From positions 360,410 through 424,409 of the forward strand of contig CAVXKC010000009.1 in the NCBI GenBank assembly GCA_963762265.1: a DNA stretch of 64,000 nucleotides, given 5' to 3'. The first letter of the stretch is position 1, and every line of letters begins with the position of its first letter. Source of the stretch: an uncultured Thermoleophilaceae bacterium. GTDB lineage: Bacteria > Actinomycetota > Thermoleophilia > Solirubrobacterales > Thermoleophilaceae. The notes beneath the pieces were generated by a model, which was not told the origin of the DNA, did not search any database, and saw only the letters and a program-made list of their open reading frames with translations. A program made the position numbers and the translations under genes. Positions 59,112-64,000 of the stretch are shown here, piece after piece.

Positions 59112-60373
59112 GGGTCGGAAGGCGAGTCGACGACGAGGCACATGGTCTTGAAGTCCAGGGTCAGTGCGTGTGGCCGAAGGAACGCGTGCGAGATCAGCCC
59201 GCCCACGTCGAAGCCGAGCCGATCGCCGAGAATCGATGGGGCCTTCTTCTGCACGGTTCCGGCGACGGCGTGGTGCGTAATTGCGTGATCGCCCTCGCCC
59301 AGCGTGAGCGTGTCGATCACCACGTCCGTCTCCGTCACCGGTCCGCCGGCGCCAAGCCCTTCCCGCGCCCGTGACCAGTCGACCGCCACACCTGCCCTGC
59401 GCAGGTTGCTCTCGGGCGCGAGGAAGCCCGCGCCGGCCAATCCGGTGTCGACCAAGAAGAGCGTGGGGGGTAGGTCGTTCAAACTGCCGCGGGCGAGGAT
59501 GAGATGGGTGTCCACAAGCCAGAACGGGATTCGCGTGGTCTCTCGATGACCGAGCTCGCGGCCCCGCTGTGACAGCCCACGGCGGAGGATCAGCGCGCCG
59601 CCGGGATAGTCGATCGTGGCCATGAAATGCATCAGGATTCGCGTGCCGAGGATGCCCCTGATGTCGATTCCGAAGTATTCGGGCAGCGCTCGGAGATCGA
59701 GCGTGTGGATCGGGACATCGCTGATCCGCAGCTCTCCGGCTTGGATCGTGTCCACCTTGCCGAGTCCAGTCCTGGCTCGCCTGCGACCTGCGTATTCGCC
59801 GCTCAGCTCGCTCACCAGAGTGGCCCCCGCTTGCGCCGCGAAGCCGGCATCGAGCACGATCTCCGCCCCGCCGGTGTCGAGGAAGAACTTGGCCGGAGGC
59901 CCACCGTTCACTACCAGCTCCACGGTGGGCAACGGGTCGGTCACCACGAACTCCAAGCGTGTGACCGGCGGGCCGTCGATCCGGTACGGGCGGTCGTCGC
60001 CGAACGCCGCCAGGTGGCGGGCCACGCCTGCCAGGCCTCGAAACGGACCGACCGGCAGCCGGCCCGCAGCCGCCGCGAACTCCCTCGACGCGTCCCTGAA
60101 GCGATCGCTCCGGTAGTGGGCCATGCCGAGCTGTGCCCTGATCGCGGTAGCCAGCGGCCAGCGGCGCTTGAAGCGCGTGCTGTGAGTGAAGGCTTGGCTC
60201 AGGTAGCGCACCGCATCGTCCGCGCGATTCTCATAGAGAGCAAGGTCGCCGAGTCGCTTCAGGAGCGTCGCGTCCGCGGGGCGATCGCTCAGCGCGGCGA
60301 CGTACGACCCACTCGCCTCTCGCAGGCGACCGCTACGAAACAGAGCGTCAGCCGTCTCCACTGGCCCTTCCAC
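59108..60373 (-). CDS. retropepsin-like aspartic protease with two DTG motifs and N-terminal TPR-like region
   Basis: Intact 421-aa ORF. It has TPR-like helices (ALFRSGRLREASGSYVAAL...LGDLALYENRADDAVRYLSQAF) followed by FFLDTGGAEIVLD and FLVDTGLAGAGFL, two aspartyl-protease signatures in one chain. Confidence 0.7.
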   Translation of the reverse strand: MEGPVETADALFRSGRLREASGSYVAALSDRPADATLLKRLGDLALYENRADDAVRYLSQAFTHSTRFKRRWPLATAIRAQLGMAHYRSDRFRDASREFAAAAGRLPVGPFRGLAGVARHLAAFGDDRPYRIDGPPVTRLEFVVTDPLPTVELVVNGGPPAKFFLDTGGAEIVLDAGFAAQAGATLVSELSGEYAGRRRARTGLGKVDTIQAGELRISDVPIHTLDLRALPEYFGIDIRGILGTRILMHFMATIDYPGGALILRRGLSQRGRELGHRETTRIPFWLVDTHLILARGSLNDLPPTLFLVDTGLAGAGFLAPESNLRRAGVAVDWSRAREGLGAGGPVTETDVVIDTLTLGEGDHAITHHAVAGTVQKKAPSILGDRLGFDVGGLISHAFLRPHALTLDFKTMCLVVDSPSDP

Positions 60374-60377
60374 CGTT

Positions 60378-60411
60378 TCTACAGCGTAGAGATCTTAGTC
60401 TACAGCGTAGA
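60378..60411. promoter_or_regulatory. two identical 13-bp palindromes TCTACAGCGTAGA spaced 21 bp centre-to-centre (candidate TetR operators)
   Basis: The copies are at 60378-60390 and 60399-60411. Each is TCTAC-AGC-GTAGA. They begin 5 bp upstream of the protease start codon (60373, minus strand), in the divergent region shared with the flavoprotein gene. Confidence 0.55.
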
Positions 60412-60610
60412 TTGCGCGGCCCACTCTTGGAGTAGACGCTCGTCCAATCGGCGGCTAGATTCGAGGATGATTGCCGTAGTGCCTCCTTCGGGGGCCGCGG
60501 CGGCCGCCGCGGCGAGTGTCCAGACCGTCGCGGGCGGCGTCCGCGATACCCATTTTTGACTCGAGCGGCGGCCACAGGGCGCTGCATCCAGCCGAGAGGA
60601 ACCGAGACAC

Positions 60611-61738
60611 ATGTCCGTCGCCGGAAGCGATCAGCACCTGACCGATCCCAGCGTGACCGCACACCGCGAGGTGATCGTGGTCGGTGGTGGCCAGGCCGGC
60701 CTGGCGATCGGTTACTTCCTGGCCCGTCAAGAGCGCGACTTCACGATCCTGGAAGCGGCCGGAGAGCCGGCGGCCGCGTGGCGCGAGCGCTGGGATTCGC
60801 TCAAGCTGTTCACGCCGGCCCGCTACGACGGCCTTCCCGGCCTTGAGTTCCCGGGCGATCCGGAGCGCCACCCCGGCCGCGACGAGGTCGCGGCCTACCT
60901 GAGCGACTATGCCCGTCACTTCGACCTGCCGGTCGAGCTCAACAGCCGCGTCCACGCGATCAGCAAGCGCGAGGGCGCCTACCTGGTCGACGTCGAGGAC
61001 CGAGCCTACGAGGCCGATCAGGTGGTGGTCGCCACCGGCCCGTTCCAGGTGCCGCTGGTGCCGGCTTTCGCCGAGCGCCTCGACGCAGGTGTGGTGCAAC
61101 TCCACAGCAGCGCCTATCGAGCGCCGGGGTCCATCCCGGATGGGCCGGTTCTGGTGGTCGGTGGCGGGAACACCGGGTTCCAGATCGCTGAGGAGCTCTC
61201 CGCCTCGCGCGAGGTCCACCTGTCGATCGGAACGCGTCAGATGCCGCTGCCGCAGCGCATCCTCGGCCGCGACCTGTTCTGGTACCTCGACGCGACCGGG
61301 CTGATTCGCAAGACGACGCAGTCGCGGATCGGGCGCCGGATGTCCGAGCGGGACACGCTCGTGGGATCAACCCCCCGGGGCCTACGCCGCCGCGGGGTCG
61401 AGCTCCACGGGCGGGCCGCGGGCGTCGCGGGATCGACCGTCAGCTTCGAGGACGGCACCGACGTCGAGCCTCGCAGCATCATCTGGGCGACCGGATTCGG
61501 AGTCGATCACTCGTGGATCGATGTTCCCGTGTTCGACAAGAACGGCCGCGTCATCCACCAGCGCGGCGTGACGGACTCGCCCGGGCTCTACTTCCTCGGC
61601 CTGTCCTGGCAGCACACCAGAGGCTCCGCGCTGCTGGGCTGGGTGGCCGAAGACGCGGAGTACATCGCGCAACGGATCGATGCGTCGCGAGCGGGCTTGC
61701 CCACGTTGCTTACCGCCAATTCACAGGAGAGAAGATGA
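60611..61738 (+). CDS. FAD/NAD(P)-dependent oxidoreductase, flavin-monooxygenase / CzcO-like
   Basis: Intact 375-aa ORF with two dinucleotide folds, VIVVGGGQAGLAIGYFL and VLVVGGGNTGFQIAEEL, and C-terminal IIWATGF...PGLYFLG. Confidence 0.8.
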   Translation: MSVAGSDQHLTDPSVTAHREVIVVGGGQAGLAIGYFLARQERDFTILEAAGEPAAAWRERWDSLKLFTPARYDGLPGLEFPGDPERHPGRDEVAAYLSDYARHFDLPVELNSRVHAISKREGAYLVDVEDRAYEADQVVVATGPFQVPLVPAFAERLDAGVVQLHSSAYRAPGSIPDGPVLVVGGGNTGFQIAEELSASREVHLSIGTRQMPLPQRILGRDLFWYLDATGLIRKTTQSRIGRRMSERDTLVGSTPRGLRRRGVELHGRAAGVAGSTVSFEDGTDVEPRSIIWATGFGVDHSWIDVPVFDKNGRVIHQRGVTDSPGLYFLGLSWQHTRGSALLGWVAEDAEYIAQRIDASRAGLPTLLTANSQERR

Positions 61739-63357
61739 GCACCACAGATCGATTCCCCACCGACGCCGCAGGCCTTCCCGAGGCACGCTCACCCGAGGTG
61801 GTCGAGCTGGCCGACGGCGACCGCTTCGACCTGCGCATCACGCCGGTGGCCAAGGATCTCGGCGACGCCAGGGTGCGGATGCTGGCCTACAACGGCTCGA
61901 TACCGGGGCCGACCCTGAAGGTGAAGGAGAACTCCGAGGTCGTCGTCAACGTCGAGAACCGGGGCGACCTGGAAGCCACGGTCCACTGGCACGGGCTGCG
62001 CCTCGACAACCGCTACGACGGCACGCACGAGACTCAGCGTCCGATGGAGGTGGGCGAAGAGTTCTCCGCGCGTGTCACCTTCCCCGATCCCGGGCTGTAC
62101 TGGTACCACCCGCACATCCGGGAGGACTACGGGCAGGAGCTTGGGCTGTACGGCAACGTGCTGGTCGACCCGGCCGACCCCGACTACTGGCCGGCTGTTC
62201 ACCGCGAGCTGGTGCTGACGCTCGACGACATTCTTCTGGAGGACGGCAAGGTGGCGCCCTTCAGCCGCACCGAGACGACGCACGCGGCGATGGGCCGCTT
62301 CGGCGACGTGCTGCTGGTGAGCGGCGAGCCCGATCTCTCCTTGACCGCTCAGCTCGGCGAGGTCGTGCGGCTCTATCTGACGAACACCGCCAACACCCGC
62401 GTGTTCCGAGTCGCGCTGCCCGGCGCGCGGATGAAGCTCGTCGGCGGAGACAGCGGCCGCGTCGAGCACGAGCGGTTTGTCGACGACGTCGTTCTGGCTC
62501 CCTCCGAGCGAGTGGTGGTCGACGTGATGTTCGAGGAGGCCGGCGATCTGACGCTGGAGCACCGCACCCCGCAGCGGGTCTATCCGCTGGCCGCGATCAC
62601 GGTCGGCGAGGATCGGGCCGAGGCGTCGCTGGAGGAGCAGTTCGAGGTCCTGCGCACCAACGCCGAGATGGTCGCCGAGCGCGACCGGATCGCGGCGTAC
62701 GTCGATGCCGAGCCCGACAAGACCCTGGCATTCATCGCGGAGATGGACATGGGGGCGGCCGAGGGGGACGGCCCGGTCGCCTACACCTGCCCGATGCACC
62801 CCGAGGTCACGAGCGAGGAGCCCGGCCACTGCCCGGATTGCGGGATGAAGCTGTTGCCGGCTCAGCTCGTTGCGGCGGCTGCGGCCGGCCACGAGCACGG
62901 GCACGACCACCACGAGCATGGGCACCACGACCACCACCACGACCACGCGGGCACCGACGGGATCGAGTGGGAAGACGACATGGTCGACGTCAACCGGATG
63001 ACCACCCCGGCCAACATGCGCTGGAAGCTGATCGACCGCGAGACCGACGCCGAGAACATGGCCATCGACTGGCACTTCCGCGTCGGAGACCAGGTCAAGA
63101 TCCGGCTACTCAACGAGATGGCCGGCGACCATCCGATGCATCACCCGTTCCACGTCCACGGCGCCGGCCGCTTCCTGGTCCTCAGCCGCGACGGGGTGGT
63201 CGAGCCGAACCTGGTCTGGAAGGACACGGTGCTGGTGCGGACCGGCGAGACGGTCGACATCCTGCTCGACGTGACCAACGCCGGCCGATGGATGGCTCAC
63301 TGCCACATCGCCGAGCACCACGAGAGCGGCATGATGCTCAGCTTCGACGTCTCCTAG
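61735..63357 (+). CDS. multicopper oxidase with inserted Cys-rich metal-binding module and His-rich tract
   Basis: ATG 61735 overlaps the upstream stop (ATGA). Copper ligand blocks are TVHWHGLRL, YWYHPH, HPFHVHG and MAHCHIAEHHESGMM. The insert reads YTCPMHPEVTSEEPGHCPDCGMKL followed by GHEHGHDHHEHGHHDHHHDH. Confidence 0.85.
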   Translation: MSTTDRFPTDAAGLPEARSPEVVELADGDRFDLRITPVAKDLGDARVRMLAYNGSIPGPTLKVKENSEVVVNVENRGDLEATVHWHGLRLDNRYDGTHETQRPMEVGEEFSARVTFPDPGLYWYHPHIREDYGQELGLYGNVLVDPADPDYWPAVHRELVLTLDDILLEDGKVAPFSRTETTHAAMGRFGDVLLVSGEPDLSLTAQLGEVVRLYLTNTANTRVFRVALPGARMKLVGGDSGRVEHERFVDDVVLAPSERVVVDVMFEEAGDLTLEHRTPQRVYPLAAITVGEDRAEASLEEQFEVLRTNAEMVAERDRIAAYVDAEPDKTLAFIAEMDMGAAEGDGPVAYTCPMHPEVTSEEPGHCPDCGMKLLPAQLVAAAAAGHEHGHDHHEHGHHDHHHDHAGTDGIEWEDDMVDVNRMTTPANMRWKLIDRETDAENMAIDWHFRVGDQVKIRLLNEMAGDHPMHHPFHVHGAGRFLVLSRDGVVEPNLVWKDTVLVRTGETVDILLDVTNAGRWMAHCHIAEHHESGMMLSFDVS

Positions 63358-64000
63358 TGGCCGCGGCCCAGCTCCACTGCCTCGCCGTCGAAGTCGCGCC
63401 GGTCGTAGTCGATGCCCATCGTGTCGAGCACGGTCGGTAGGACGTCGACGAGCCGCAGCTCCTTCTTTGAGTCCTTCGAGCCCACCCCGGGGCCTGAGAA
63501 GACCATCGGGATGTTCTGGATCAGGCGGTTGTGGCCGCCGTGGTCGCCCATGACTCCGTAGGTGACGTCGGTCTTCAGGAGCGCCACGACGTCCGGCCCG
63601 AACGGGGCCGCCATCGTGTCCACCAGTTCCTGTGCGTGACTGAGGAACCAGCGCCGCTCGGCGTTCCCCATGGGGTTGGTGTCGAACAGGCGATAGCGGT
63701 TCTGGGCGTCGTTGAGGCGGTAGGTGGCGATCACCCCCGGCATGTTGAGCGCCGCTGCCGCCGCCTGGCGCTTGCGCGCCGGCGAGTTGTCCTTCAGCCA
63801 GGCAGCCACGTGCCCGTCCTGGTATGAGAAGGCCAGGTTTGTGTCCGCCACCGGATCTCCGCCGGGGGGCGTGAGCGCGGCGCGCAGCGCGGCAACCGCC
63901 GGGCTCGGGTCGCGGTAGTTCTCGTTGGCGTCCTGGCCGTAGTACCAGTTGCAGTCGGAGCGGAGCCCGCTTGAGCCGTTCACGCTGTCGCAGGGGACGC
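63354..64000 (-). CDS. alkaline-phosphatase-superfamily protein (nucleotide pyrophosphatase/phosphodiesterase-like), 5' part beyond window
   Basis: The minus ORF is open to the window end. Its C-terminal region reads TYGVMGDHGGHNRLIQNIPMVFSGPG...VDVLPTVLDTMGI, typical of the AlkP/ENPP core. Confidence 0.65.
   Translation of the reverse strand, partial: VPCDSVNGSSGLRSDCNWYYGQDANENYRDPSPAVAALRAALTPPGGDPVADTNLAFSYQDGHVAAWLKDNSPARKRQAAAAALNMPGVIATYRLNDAQNRYRLFDTNPMGNAERRWFLSHAQELVDTMAAPFGPDVVALLKTDVTYGVMGDHGGHNRLIQNIPMVFSGPGVGSKDSKKELRLVDVLPTVLDTMGIDYDRRDFDGEAVELGRGH

Noticed and set aside
60494-60513. Perfect 20-nt palindrome GCCGCGGCGGCCGCCGCGGC as a stand-alone regulatory site
   Set aside because: Short GC-only palindromes arise easily in DNA of this composition, and it contains GGCC/CCGCGG cores. 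Without other copies or context, it is only noted inside the half-copy finding.

Overview
This is a very GC-rich chromosomal window of actinobacterial type, judged from gene order and protein motifs only; no database search was possible. Most genes are on the + strand.

Gene content, in order:
- Conserved core synteny: coaD, a glutathione-type trio, yceD-rpmF-plsX-acpP-rnc-smc-ftsY, ffh-rpsP-KH-rimM-trmD-rplS-lepB-rnhB-yraN-comM-dprA-thiD, ilvD and xerC.
- A sigma-28/WhiG-type sigma factor with a PAS-PP2C-HATPase fusion and a STAS antagonist.
- ppk2 and an EF-G paralog operon.
- A complete Calvin-cycle operon, glpX-fba-cbbL-cbbS-cbbX-prk, with an adjacent LysR regulator.
- An accessory tail: S53 peptidase, FAD monooxygenase, a large LuxR ATPase, a TetR plus double-DTG aspartic protease operon, a CzcO-like flavoprotein, and a multicopper oxidase with a metal-binding insert.

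I found no rRNA, tRNA, CRISPR array, transposase, prophage or recognisable defence genes.

Most notable observations:
1. Apparent 1-nt frameshifts are very dense but patchy. They affect about 3.5-23 kb, ppk2 and about 50.4-58.4 kb, while 23-36 kb, 37-50 kb and 58.4-64 kb are clean. They hit essential genes, so I read them as uncorrected indels rather than biology. Coordinates of genes typed pseudogene are therefore approximate.
2. A 172-nt rod-like hairpin lies just upstream of ffh. All six arm mismatches are G-U wobbles on the + strand.
3. A roughly 45-nt hairpin with a conserved loop occurs twice in opposite orientation, upstream of rpmF and of ppk2.
4. Two identical 13-bp palindromes spaced 21 bp apart sit in front of the aspartic-protease/TetR operon.
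5. A red-type (CbbX-associated) form I RuBisCO operon is embedded in core genome context.
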